From an uncultured Gammaproteobacteria bacterium (lineage in GTDB: Bacteria > Patescibacteriota > Patescibacteriia > UBA9934 > GWF2-40-263): a stretch of 64,000 bases of DNA. The position numbers and the translations under genes were made by a program. The DNA is taken from assembly GCA_964402425.1 (NCBI GenBank), contig CAYOCD010000001.1:4349-68348 (forward strand), read 5' to 3'. This document shows, in pieces, positions 27,351 through 36,755 of this stretch. Below the pieces are notes generated by a model. That model had not been told where the DNA came from. It was given only the letters and a program-made list of their open reading frames with translations, and did not search any database. Position 1 is the stretch's first letter; each line of letters starts with the position of its first letter.

Positions 27351-28664
27351 TTACTCCTGTTGCAACGCCACAATCGGATTGAGCGCTGCAGCACGTTTTG
27401 CGGGATACAATCCAAAGAACACACCGATTGTTGTGGAAAAACCGACACTCAACACAATCGAAAAAAGAGAAATTTCAAATGGCCATGTATATCCAATTTG
27501 CTGCGCAGCAAACGCCACAATAGCAGACACGGAAACACCAATCACAATTCCAAACAATCCTCCAATAAGGGTCATTGTGACGGCCTCAATCAAAAATTGA
27601 TACAAAATATGTTTCTCTGTTGCACCCATTGCTTTGCGCAAACCGATTTCAAACGTTCGTTCTACAACCGAAACATACATCACATTCATAATCCCAACTC
27701 CTCCCACCGCAAGAGAGATGGCCGCAAGTGCCACAAGCAACCACGTAAGCGCATTTAAAATGTTCCCGACAATTGCTTGTGATTCTTGCATGGTCGTCAC
27801 AGAAAAATCATCTTTATTTGGATCTGTGATCTCATGACGTTCACGCACAATCGATCGAATCTCTTCTGCGGTCGATTCTGAGATCGCCGGATTTTTTACT
27901 TGAGCGATAATCCAAGAAACGTGCTGAATTCCCATCAAGCTTGTTTGTACGGTTCTGATTGGCAAATAGACAATCGAATCCATATCAATAAACCCAGCTG
28001 TACCGATTGATTCAAAAATACCGATCACCCGAAACGGCTGTCCATCAATTTTTACAAAATTTCCAACCGCTTCTTGATTTCCAAATATTTGATTTTTTAT
28101 TTCACTTCCAAGCACAAGCACTGAGGCGGCAGACTGATCTTCTTCCTCCGTAAAAAATCTTCCCTCTGCAATTTCATTTGCTGTAATACGTGCATACGAT
28201 GCTGAGACCCCAAAAATCACAGGTCTCTTGTTGACTTCTCGCACAGAAATCACAGCCTGAGTGGCAAGTCCAGAATACGTATCTTCAACGTTTGGCAATT
28301 GTTTCACCCGATCTGCATCTTTGCTGGTAAGCGTTGTAATACTAACACCTTGACCAATACCTCGTGCATTCTCTTGAGACATTTTCCCTGTTTCCGGGAT
28401 CTTGATTTCAATATTGATCCAGTTATTTCCAAAAGAAGAAATTTGACTCATGATCATTCCACGAATTCCCGCACCGGCCGCAAATACAATCACCACCATG
28501 GCGATTCCAACCAAAATACCAAACACCGTTAAACTGGCACGCAGTTTACTTTTGTGAAATGTTTGCAAGGCCAAAATAAATGATCGAACAAAATACTGTT
28601 TATTCATATCGGAGCGCTTCCATCGGCGGAAGACGAGAGGCTTTACGTGACGGAATAAGCCCAA
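27351..28664 (-). CDS. ABC transporter permease, FtsX/MacB-type (4 TM plus a large extracytoplasmic domain)
   Basis: N-terminal TM, an extracytoplasmic domain of about 230 aa, and three C-terminal TM helices with the FtsX-type motif. Confidence 0.75.
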   Translation of the reverse strand: MGLFRHVKPLVFRRWKRSDMNKQYFVRSFILALQTFHKSKLRASLTVFGILVGIAMVVIVFAAGAGIRGMIMSQISSFGNNWINIEIKIPETGKMSQENARGIGQGVSITTLTSKDADRVKQLPNVEDTYSGLATQAVISVREVNKRPVIFGVSASYARITANEIAEGRFFTEEEDQSAASVLVLGSEIKNQIFGNQEAVGNFVKIDGQPFRVIGIFESIGTAGFIDMDSIVYLPIRTVQTSLMGIQHVSWIIAQVKNPAISESTAEEIRSIVRERHEITDPNKDDFSVTTMQESQAIVGNILNALTWLLVALAAISLAVGGVGIMNVMYVSVVERTFEIGLRKAMGATEKHILYQFLIEAVTMTLIGGLFGIVIGVSVSAIVAFAAQQIGYTWPFEISLFSIVLSVGFSTTIGVFFGLYPAKRAAALNPIVALQQE

Positions 28665-29829
28665 AAATAAGTCCGATCAAAATGGTAAGGATGAGTGAAA
28701 GAGCGATCGCAAAAAACGAAAGAGAAAACACAAATTCATTTCCAAGCAATCGAATCACAAGCACAATAAGATACGATAAGAAAATCCCGATCACACACCC
28801 AACAAACCCTCCAGACAATGCAAGAACAACGGTTTCAATTAAAAACTGCCACATAATATCTTCATCACGCGCGCCGACCGCTTTTCTCAGTCCAATCTCA
28901 CGCGTTTTTTCTTTCACGGCAATGAGCATGATATTCATAATACCAACACCCCCCACAAATAAAGCAATGCTCGCGACAAACACCAAAAAAAACTTCAATC
29001 CGTTTGTAACCGTTGTTAAAATACTAAGTAGATCCGCCACTGTACGAACAGAAAAATCTTCGTCATTATGTCTCTCAAGAAGCGTCTGTTTAATTTCTTC
29101 CGCAGACTGATCTACATATAATTCATCATCAACAAGCGCGCGCAAAAAAGAAACATGACGAATTCCTAACAACTCTTTTTGCGCAACAAAAAGCGGAATA
29201 AGAACAGCTTGATCTGGATTTTCAAACCCAGACGAACCTTTTCGTTCTAAGACGCCAACCACATTAAAATTTTTTCCTTTCAATCGAACAATCTCTCCAA
29301 TCGGATCTTGATTTCCAAAGACATCTTCTGCAATTTCAGCCCCCAAAACCATCACGTGATGTGAAGCGGCATTTTCGGATTCTGTAAAAAATCTCCCGTT
29401 TGCCATGGTGACTTTTTCAACGTGCTCATAAGAAGCTGTGGTTCCTGTATACGTCACTTGTCGCTGAACAGACCTCCATTGCAATTGATCGTTTCCGGAA
29501 ACATATCCGGCAAAATCCATCACATGTGCAACATGCTTTTTATCCAGTAATGCTTCCCCATCTTCATAGGTAAGCGTGGTGGTAATAATACCAAGAGCTT
29601 GTGCCGGAGGACCTTCCGCATCTGACGCTCCCGAAAGCACAGCAATCATGTTTGTTCCACGTTGTTTGAGCTGTCCCAAAATAAGTTCTTGCGCTCCCGC
29701 ACCGATCGTCATTACCATGATGACCGCAGCGATCCCAATCACAATACCGAGCGTTGTTAAAAACGAACGCCGCTTGTTCAAACGTAAATTTTTCAGGGCA
29801 AGTCGAATTGCCACCAAAAATGCGCGCAT
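28600..29829 (-). CDS. Second ABC transporter permease, FtsX/MacB-type (paralog of the 27351-28664 gene)
   Basis: Same architecture, with related motifs (VGGVGIMNIMLIAVKEKTREIGLRKAVGA). Its 3' end overlaps the downstream gene's annotated start, so one of the two starts is probably an internal Met. Confidence 0.75.
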   Translation of the reverse strand: MRAFLVAIRLALKNLRLNKRRSFLTTLGIVIGIAAVIMVMTIGAGAQELILGQLKQRGTNMIAVLSGASDAEGPPAQALGIITTTLTYEDGEALLDKKHVAHVMDFAGYVSGNDQLQWRSVQRQVTYTGTTASYEHVEKVTMANGRFFTESENAASHHVMVLGAEIAEDVFGNQDPIGEIVRLKGKNFNVVGVLERKGSSGFENPDQAVLIPLFVAQKELLGIRHVSFLRALVDDELYVDQSAEEIKQTLLERHNDEDFSVRTVADLLSILTTVTNGLKFFLVFVASIALFVGGVGIMNIMLIAVKEKTREIGLRKAVGARDEDIMWQFLIETVVLALSGGFVGCVIGIFLSYLIVLVIRLLGNEFVFSLSFFAIALSLILTILIGLIFGLIPSRKASRLPPMEALRYE

Positions 29830-29831
29830 AC

Positions 29832-30548
29832 TTATTTTTTTAATTCCCCATCTGCGGCATATCTTCGCACAGCAACAGGTTTATCTGATTCGATCTTTCC
29901 ATCACGAATACGAACAATCCGTTTTGCATGATCTGCCGTATCTTGCTCATGTGTCACCATCACAATCGTGCGACCTGCTTCATTCATGGATTGCAAAATG
30001 GCGAGAACTTGATTTCCGGATTTCGAATCCAAATTTCCCGTTGGCTCATCCGCAAAGATGATATCCGGATCGTTCACAATCGCGCGTGCAATCGCCACAC
30101 GTTGTTTTTCTCCTCCGGACAATTGGTTTGATAAATTTTGCTTACGGTGTATAAGCCCAACAGATTCAATGGCGCGATCCACAGCCTGTTCATCGACTCC
30201 TTCTTTTGCATAAAACAACGGCAACATAACATTTTCTTTCACGCTTGTTCGTGGCAAAAGATAAAATGACTGAAACACAAATCCCACACGTTCATTACGC
30301 ATGATGGCAAGAACGTCCTGAGATAATCCAGACACATCTTCTCCCTGGAATAAATATGTTCCGGATGTTGGTGTATCAAGGAAACTTAATAAATGCATGA
30401 GGGTGGATTTTCCAGAACCGGATGGACCCATAATGGCAACAAAATCTCCTGGAAAAATTTTTAAATCAATCCCATGCAGAACATGTGTCACAACATCCCC
30501 ATTCGCATATTCTTTTGTAATGCCATTAATTTCAATAAGTGGGCGCAT
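29832..30548 (-). CDS. ABC transporter ATP-binding protein (MacB/LolD family)
   Basis: Walker [10 protein letters not shown], signature LSGGEKQR, Walker [13 protein letters not shown] and the H-loop. Confidence 0.9.
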   Translation of the reverse strand: MRPLIEINGITKEYANGDVVTHVLHGIDLKIFPGDFVAIMGPSGSGKSTLMHLLSFLDTPTSGTYLFQGEDVSGLSQDVLAIMRNERVGFVFQSFYLLPRTSVKENVMLPLFYAKEGVDEQAVDRAIESVGLIHRKQNLSNQLSGGEKQRVAIARAIVNDPDIIFADEPTGNLDSKSGNQVLAILQSMNEAGRTIVMVTHEQDTADHAKRIVRIRDGKIESDKPVAVRRYAADGELKK

Positions 30549-30593
30549 AAAACAAATCGTCGGGAAGAGACACGTCTCTTCCCGATGACAACA

Positions 30594-32417
30594 TTACTTA
30601 ACATTTTCTTTGATAAAAGTGATGACGATTTCTCCTTCTTTTAATCCAGAGAGAATTTCGATCTCCCCATCACTATTGCGAAGGCCTGTTTGAACAGGAC
30701 GTTTTTCAAAGGCAGCCGTTTTTGCATTTTTGAGGACGCGTACATAAGACGCATTCTTTTCCATCAACACAGCACGACTTGGAATTTTCAAAACATTTTC
30801 TTTTTTGGCTGTTTCAATAACCGTATTGGCTGTCATTCCAGGTTTAATTTCTAATACCTCACCTGAGGATGCCTCTTGTGGATTCATGCTGATCGTTGCC
30901 TTGTAATAAACCACCCCGGAAACTAATGTTTGTGCCGGATCCACAGACATGATCGTTCCTGAAAAAATACGCTGTTCGCCAAATGCATCAAATGTAAGAG
31001 AAACAGAATTTCCCACCGTTATTTTTGCCACATCTGATTCTGAGATATCGACTTCAATTTTTTGTTCCGCCGAAATAATCGCAACGGCCGGTGTATTCAT
31101 TGCCACATTTTCCCCGACGGAAACATCGATCTTGGAGACGACTCCGCTTGCACGTGCACGTAAAATCGTTTTTTCTAAATCATCCTGTGCCGCCTGAACA
31201 CCGGCTTGTGTGCGTTCGACTTCCGCTTGAAGTGATGCAACATCCACCTGACGCGGAGGAGCAAGAACCGCATCATATGATGCTCGCGCTTGCGCAACAC
31301 GTGCATCCGCAATCACGCGATCAACATCACGTTGTTTCAAGGCTGTTTCATAATCTTGCCCCGCTTTTTGCGCAGCAATTTCATAAGAAGACAAAGAGTT
31401 GCGAGACGTTGTCACGCTATGCGCTGCATTCGTGAGAGCTGTCACAGAACTTGAAATGCTTGTTTGTTGTGCGGAGATAGAAGCCTTCAGCACATCCAAA
31501 TTTGTTTGTGTCATGCCCCCAAGAGGGAGTGTGGCACCAAGCAACACGGATGTATCGACCAAATTTTCACGCACGGCAGACAAAGAACTTTGGACGGAGA
31601 CAACTGCCGCATCAATTGCTATATGCGAACCCGTAGACACAAGCGGATCAATGAGCTTGCGCGTGCTTTGTAAAGCTGATTTCGCAACACCATACGACTG
31701 AAGAGCTCGACCAATGGTTGGTGAGTCCATGATACCCAAATCTTTTTCAAAAGCTTGATTTGCGTAAGTATTATCTACCCCTAAAACACTATCACTTGCC
31801 TGAAGGGCCACCACCATGTTTGCAACGGAATTTTTCAATGTATTAAACAATGTTTCATACGCATCCTGAACGATTTTACTGCTATCACCTCCAGACGCGA
31901 GCTGTAGATTATTTTTTGCCGTTTCAAGTGCCTTCAGTGCCGTATCAACAGATGACTGCGACGTAACATACGTTTTATCACGCTCTGCCTGCACTTGTTG
32001 TAATGAAGCAAATAATTTTTGTTTATCTTCAGAACTCACACCCGCAATCTTCAGATTCAACTGTGCCTGCGCGGATGCAAGTGACGCTTGTGCTTGGCGC
32101 AAACGTACTTGCTGTTGCGTGTTTTCCATGCGCGCAATCACGGTTTCTTTTTCGACTGTATCTCCAACTTTTTTCTCAATGGCAACGACCCGACCGGATG
32201 TATCCCAGCCGTACGCAATATCCAAACGAGATACCACAACCCCCGTCTCACTCACATCTTGAATCAAAACGCCCTTTTCCACATTTGCCGTGGAATACTC
32301 AGGTGGTTTTTGACCACGAAACACAAAAAAGGCAATAGCAGCAACTACCAAGACCACAAGAACCCAAACCCAAGGCTTACGTAAAAATCGGCGCATAAAA
32401 AGATACTTTGAAAACAA
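30594..32417 (-). CDS. HlyD/MacA-family periplasmic adaptor with a very long coiled-coil hairpin (607 aa)
   Basis: N-terminal TM anchor, a biotinyl/lipoyl-like half-domain (DVSETGVVV), extended Ala/Gln-rich coiled coil, and a C-terminal beta-barrel/MP domain. Confidence 0.7.
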   Translation of the reverse strand: MFSKYLFMRRFLRKPWVWVLVVLVVAAIAFFVFRGQKPPEYSTANVEKGVLIQDVSETGVVVSRLDIAYGWDTSGRVVAIEKKVGDTVEKETVIARMENTQQQVRLRQAQASLASAQAQLNLKIAGVSSEDKQKLFASLQQVQAERDKTYVTSQSSVDTALKALETAKNNLQLASGGDSSKIVQDAYETLFNTLKNSVANMVVALQASDSVLGVDNTYANQAFEKDLGIMDSPTIGRALQSYGVAKSALQSTRKLIDPLVSTGSHIAIDAAVVSVQSSLSAVRENLVDTSVLLGATLPLGGMTQTNLDVLKASISAQQTSISSSVTALTNAAHSVTTSRNSLSSYEIAAQKAGQDYETALKQRDVDRVIADARVAQARASYDAVLAPPRQVDVASLQAEVERTQAGVQAAQDDLEKTILRARASGVVSKIDVSVGENVAMNTPAVAIISAEQKIEVDISESDVAKITVGNSVSLTFDAFGEQRIFSGTIMSVDPAQTLVSGVVYYKATISMNPQEASSGEVLEIKPGMTANTVIETAKKENVLKIPSRAVLMEKNASYVRVLKNAKTAAFEKRPVQTGLRNSDGEIEILSGLKEGEIVITFIKENVK

Positions 32418-32507
32418 ACTTATAAAAAGAGATTATCAAAAAATGTGCAAAAAAGCAAGGTGTTCTCAAAAAAAACAGAGACCCAAGGGGGTCTCTGTTT
32501 ATGAACA

Positions 32508-35500
32508 TCAGGAGCATCCAGATGTTGCTCCACAGTTCAAACACTTGTAACACGCCGCATTGCGCACCATCATAGATCCACAGGAATCACATGCGGGAGC
32601 ATCTGACTGATTATCAAATGTTGCTGTCAATGATCTGTTTGTTGCAATTTTTGCTTCAAAAAGTTTTGGTTGTGCCTCCAAAACCTCCGCTGCCTTTGTC
32701 GCTTCTGCCGCTTCTGTCGCTTTTGTCGCTTCTTCCATCACATTCGTTGCTTCAGACAAGCTTTCTTCTCCCACCTGAATACCAAGCGCGATTTGCGATT
32801 CACGTGGCAAGAACTTAAGCGCAAGCCAGCGGAACATATAATCCGTGATGGATTTTGCAATACGAATTTGAGGATTGGATGTGTATCCGGATGGTTCAAA
32901 TCGCATGTGAACAAATTTGTTCACAAGAACCTCAAGCGGCACTCCATATTGGAGACCGATCGAAATAGATGTTGCGAATGAATCCATGAGTCCACTAATA
33001 ACACTTCCCTCTTTTGACATGGTGATAAACACTTCGCCCGGCGTTCCATCATCATACAATCCAACCGTAATAAATCCCTGATGATTGCCGATCTGGAACT
33101 TGTGCGTAATCGCACGACGTTCATCCGGCATGCGTCGACGACGCATTTTGCGATCATCCGCAGAGATGGTCACAGTAGGAACGGAAGCGGAAACCGCAGG
33201 CACGACAAGTGGGGTTTCTTTTTTTGTTTCCAATCCCTTTCCGCCCTCTCCGCCATTTCCGCCGTTTTCATTTTGTTTCTTTGCATCTGACTCTTTGGAT
33301 GTTGTAAGCGCTTGTTGACGCTTTGACCCATCACGATAAATCGCAATCGCTTTCAGTCCAAGCTTCCAACCAGTCATGTACACTTCCGCAATATCTTCAA
33401 CCGTTGCCTCATGTGGCATGTTGACCGTTTTTGAAATTGCTCCGGAAATGAACGGTTGAACCGCTGCCATCATGCGAATGTGGCCCAAGTAATGAATGGT
33501 GCGTGTTCCCTTTGCTGCTTTAAATGCACAATCAAAGACAGATAAGTGTGCGTCTTTAAGATGTGGTGCACCTTCAATCGTGTCATGTTCTTCAATGAAC
33601 GCGAGAATATCTTTACGTTCTGCTTCCGAATATCCAAGACGCATGAGAGCTTCTGGAACGGTGTTATTTACGATCTTCAACATTCCCCCACCGACCAACC
33701 ATTTGTATTTTACGAGAGCGATGTCTGGCTCAACCCCTGTTGTGTCACAGTCCATGAGAAACGAAATTGTTCCGGTTGGAGCGAGTACAGAAATTTGTGC
33801 GTTGCGAAGTCCGAATTGACTTCCGTGATCCACAACATGATCCCATGCTTTTCGTGATTCTGATAAAAGATCTGTTGGAACCCCATGACCATCGAGCTTG
33901 TAAGACGCATCGCGGTGCATGCGCATGACTTCCATACAAGGTTCTGCATTGCGAGCATACCCCGCAAACGCTCCGATCTTTTCAGCGATCTTTGACGATT
34001 GATAATAACAGTGACCGCTTTGAAGGGATGTAATAGCTCCCGCAAGGTTTCTTCCTTCTTCAGAATCATAGGCAAGTCCGCGACTCATAAGGAGCGCTCC
34101 CAAGTTTGCATACCCAATTCCGAGTGGGCGGTAATCAAAACTGTTTTGTTCAATCGCGGGGGTTGGGTAAGAAGAATTTCCAACAACGATTTCCATGGCG
34201 GTGATAATGATCTCGTTTGCTTTTTTAAACGCCGCAACATCGAAAACCATTTCTCCATTCACCTCTTTACGAAAACGCATGAGATTCAATGATGCAAGAT
34301 TACACGCACTGTCATCCAAGAACATGTATTCTGAACAAGGATTGGATGCGTAAATGCGATCCGTATTCTTGCTCGTGTGCCATGTGTTAATGGTTGTGTC
34401 GTACTGCATTCCAGGATCTCCACATTGCCATGCCGCGTCTGCAATCTTATGCATCAAATCTTTTGCACGGAATGTCAGTGATGGTTTTCCACTTACGACT
34501 TCATGTGTCACCCATTCACCATCTGCCTCAACCGCTTTCATGAAATCATCTGTTACACGAACAGAATTGTTTGCATTTTGAAAAAAGACTGATGCATAGG
34601 CTTCCCCGTCCATAGAACCATCATATCCCGCATCCATGAGCGTCCAAGCTTTTTTCTCTTCATTTACTTTACACGTGATGAATTCTTCAATATCTGGATG
34701 TCCAATATCAAGCACAACCATTTTTGCAGCACGACGTGTTTTTCCACCACTCTTAATAACCCCCGCAAATGCGTCCAATCCTTTCATAAAGGAGATTGGA
34801 CCAGAGGCTTTTCCGTTACTTCCACCCAAATATTCCTGCTTTGAACGAAGCTTGGACATGTTCATGCCGGCACCGGATCCATTTTTGAACAACATTCCTT
34901 CTGTGACACACAAATTCAAAATAGAACGCATGTCATCTTGCACAGAGTTGATAAAACATGCGGAACACTGTTGTGGGCGTGGTGTTCCAACATTGAACCA
35001 CACAGGTGAGTTGAATGCTGCCATTTGGTTTACCAAGATGTAATGCAATTCATCTTCAAAGTGCTGTGCGTCTTCTTTGGTTTGAAAATAGCCATCTTTA
35101 CGTCCCCAATTGGAAATTGTTTTTGCAACACGTCCAATGAGTTGTTTGACCGAAAATTCACGATCATCTTTTCCGAGCGTTCCGTAAAAATATTTTGAGA
35201 CAACGATGTTTGTTGCGGTTTGCGTATAAAATTCTGGAACCTCAACCCCTTTTTGCTCAAACACAATCGCTCCTTTTGCGTTTGTGATAACTGCGTCTCG
35301 CTTCTCCCAACGAATTTCATCATACGGATGAATGCCTTCTTTTGAAAAATAACGACCAACCTCAATCCCGTGTCCGTATTTTTCTGTGAGCGTTGACGCA
35401 ACCGCTTTGGTACGAAATTCAGAATATCGTTTTGCAATATGCGGAAGATTGTTGTCGATACATGTTACAACAACAACTTCACGAATATCTGATGCAGACG

Positions 35501-35759
35501 GAATAGAATGACCATCAAATTGTTTGGTCAAACGTGACATCACTTGAGAAGTCACCTTATTAATCAGCTGTGGATTTTGCATGCCGGACGCCTCAAACAC
35601 CGCCCGAATAGAGGATGTTAATTTTTGCACCTGAAACTCTTCTTCTTTTCCATCGCGTTTTAAAACGGATTTAACAGATGTCATAAATTCCCAAACAGCA
35701 TCTGAAATAGCAGATGTGTTTACGGGTGAAACCGAGGTCTTGGAAAGGGATTCAGACAT
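32508..35759 (-). CDS. nrdJ: Class II (adenosylcobalamin-dependent) ribonucleoside-triphosphate/diphosphate reductase with an N-terminal ATP cone and a C-terminal Cys-rich tail
   Basis: ATP cone (VLKRDGKEEEFQVQKL...), class II RNR core motifs (SNPCSEY, the CGDPG region) and the C-terminal CDSCGS...CYKCLNCG zinc ribbon. The start is moved to the Met of MSESLSK at 35759, because the ORF-track start at 35876 adds an implausible hydrophobic leader. Confidence 0.9.
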   Translation of the reverse strand: MSESLSKTSVSPVNTSAISDAVWEFMTSVKSVLKRDGKEEEFQVQKLTSSIRAVFEASGMQNPQLINKVTSQVMSRLTKQFDGHSIPSASDIREVVVVTCIDNNLPHIAKRYSEFRTKAVASTLTEKYGHGIEVGRYFSKEGIHPYDEIRWEKRDAVITNAKGAIVFEQKGVEVPEFYTQTATNIVVSKYFYGTLGKDDREFSVKQLIGRVAKTISNWGRKDGYFQTKEDAQHFEDELHYILVNQMAAFNSPVWFNVGTPRPQQCSACFINSVQDDMRSILNLCVTEGMLFKNGSGAGMNMSKLRSKQEYLGGSNGKASGPISFMKGLDAFAGVIKSGGKTRRAAKMVVLDIGHPDIEEFITCKVNEEKKAWTLMDAGYDGSMDGEAYASVFFQNANNSVRVTDDFMKAVEADGEWVTHEVVSGKPSLTFRAKDLMHKIADAAWQCGDPGMQYDTTINTWHTSKNTDRIYASNPCSEYMFLDDSACNLASLNLMRFRKEVNGEMVFDVAAFKKANEIIITAMEIVVGNSSYPTPAIEQNSFDYRPLGIGYANLGALLMSRGLAYDSEEGRNLAGAITSLQSGHCYYQSSKIAEKIGAFAGYARNAEPCMEVMRMHRDASYKLDGHGVPTDLLSESRKAWDHVVDHGSQFGLRNAQISVLAPTGTISFLMDCDTTGVEPDIALVKYKWLVGGGMLKIVNNTVPEALMRLGYSEAERKDILAFIEEHDTIEGAPHLKDAHLSVFDCAFKAAKGTRTIHYLGHIRMMAAVQPFISGAISKTVNMPHEATVEDIAEVYMTGWKLGLKAIAIYRDGSKRQQALTTSKESDAKKQNENGGNGGEGGKGLETKKETPLVVPAVSASVPTVTISADDRKMRRRRMPDERRAITHKFQIGNHQGFITVGLYDDGTPGEVFITMSKEGSVISGLMDSFATSISIGLQYGVPLEVLVNKFVHMRFEPSGYTSNPQIRIAKSITDYMFRWLALKFLPRESQIALGIQVGEESLSEATNVMEEATKATEAAEATKAAEVLEAQPKLFEAKIATNRSLTATFDNQSDAPACDSCGSMMVRNAACYKCLNCGATSGCS
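32696..32745. repeat. Tandem 9-nt coding repeat near the nrdJ C-terminus
   Basis: GTCGCTTCT/GCCGCTTCT/GTCGCTTTT/GTCGCTTCT encodes the EATKATEAAEATKAAE low-complexity linker. Confidence 0.55.
33235..33270. repeat. Dispersed pyrimidine-rich repeat, copy e, in frame inside nrdJ
   Basis: CCCTTTCCGCCCTCTCCGCCATTTCCGCCGTTTTC encodes ENGGNGGEGGKG. Confidence 0.6.
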
Positions 35760-35944
35760 AGGGCGAGTATGCTCGAAAAAAATTCGAAAGGTGAAATGAA
35801 TAAAAGGACAAAGGAAGAAAGGGGAAGAATGATATTTTGAAAAAATTTTCCAATAAAAAACGATCCGAAGACACATGTCTCATGGATCATCTTGTTTTGA
35901 CCATACGTTCGTGATTCGAGTCATTCTCCATCCCCACGACCGCA

Positions 35945-35993
35945 ACACTATATGTTGTGGTATGAATCTATTTTAGTCCACAACATATTGCGT
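35945..35993. promoter_or_regulatory. Two NrdR-box-like palindromes upstream of nrdJ
   Basis: ACACTATATGTTGTGG (35945-35960) and CCACAACATATTGCGT (35978-35993) match the reported NrdR box consensus acaCwAtATaTwGtgt at 14/16 and 13/16. The starts are 33 bp apart (about three helical turns). Confidence 0.5.
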
Positions 35994-36100
35994 TGCAAGG
36001 GTTCTAGATTGCATACTTTTTTGACTTATCCACACAAACACTCATTTGTCTTTTTCTTCACAAAACCTTTATCGCATTTTTTACCTGCATCGCCTTCATT

Positions 36101-36679
36101 TTAAAATCCCATCGTGAGATTAATCGCTACTTTCTCTTGAACACTTGGAACAAAATTAACAGGAATGGCTTTTCGTCCACCAAGACGATCTTCATAGGCG
36201 AGTGCATTGTATTTCAGGCCATACTCGTACACGTCTTTTGTTACTTTTACATCCTGTAAACAGTAGTCTTTGATTTTTTGAATCTCGCCTTGCTTCCACC
36301 ACTCAACAGCCTGAAGTCCGTGTCCTGATTTGCGTGTTCCAACCGTTGCAGCCGCAACATCATCGAGCTTTAAACGAAATCCGAGTGACTTGTGGATCTC
36401 TGCCAGAATATCAAGCCCAGGAAATGTTAAAAAATTTCCCCCATAGTAATTATTCATGACCGGCAAATCAAATCCAACCGTATTATATCCAATAATTCGA
36501 TCAGCGTGTTCAAGGCGCGGCCAAAGCTTTGCGAGCTCATGCTCTTCAAACGCCTCATACGTATCTGTTTCGTAAAAATAACACCCAATAACCGAAATCT
36601 TCAGTTTTGAGTGGTCATATCCCCCAACATCCTGAAAGGTGTTCTGGGTTTCAATATCAAGGACAACTTCTTTGTTCAT
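36101..36679 (-). CDS. RNase H-like fold 3'-5' exonuclease-like protein (DEDD-type, YprB/PolB-exo-like)
   Basis: VVLDIETQN (Exo I-like DxE), YNTVGFDLPV (Exo II-like) and YCLQDVKVTKDVY (Exo III-like YxxxD). Confidence 0.5.
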   Translation of the reverse strand: MNKEVVLDIETQNTFQDVGGYDHSKLKISVIGCYFYETDTYEAFEEHELAKLWPRLEHADRIIGYNTVGFDLPVMNNYYGGNFLTFPGLDILAEIHKSLGFRLKLDDVAAATVGTRKSGHGLQAVEWWKQGEIQKIKDYCLQDVKVTKDVYEYGLKYNALAYEDRLGGRKAIPVNFVPSVQEKVAINLTMGF

Positions 36680-36755
36680 AGCGGGAAGATTGTACTATAA
36701 AATTCTGTGTGCGTACAAGGAATTGTTTTCCTCTCTTAAACGGAAGAAAAATCAC

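Noticed and set aside
35760-35876. Longer N-terminus for nrdJ (MCLRIVFYWKIFSKYHSSPFFL...)
   Set aside because: The extra 39 residues are hydrophobic and aromatic, unlike RNR N-termini. The Met at 35759 begins directly before the ATP cone.
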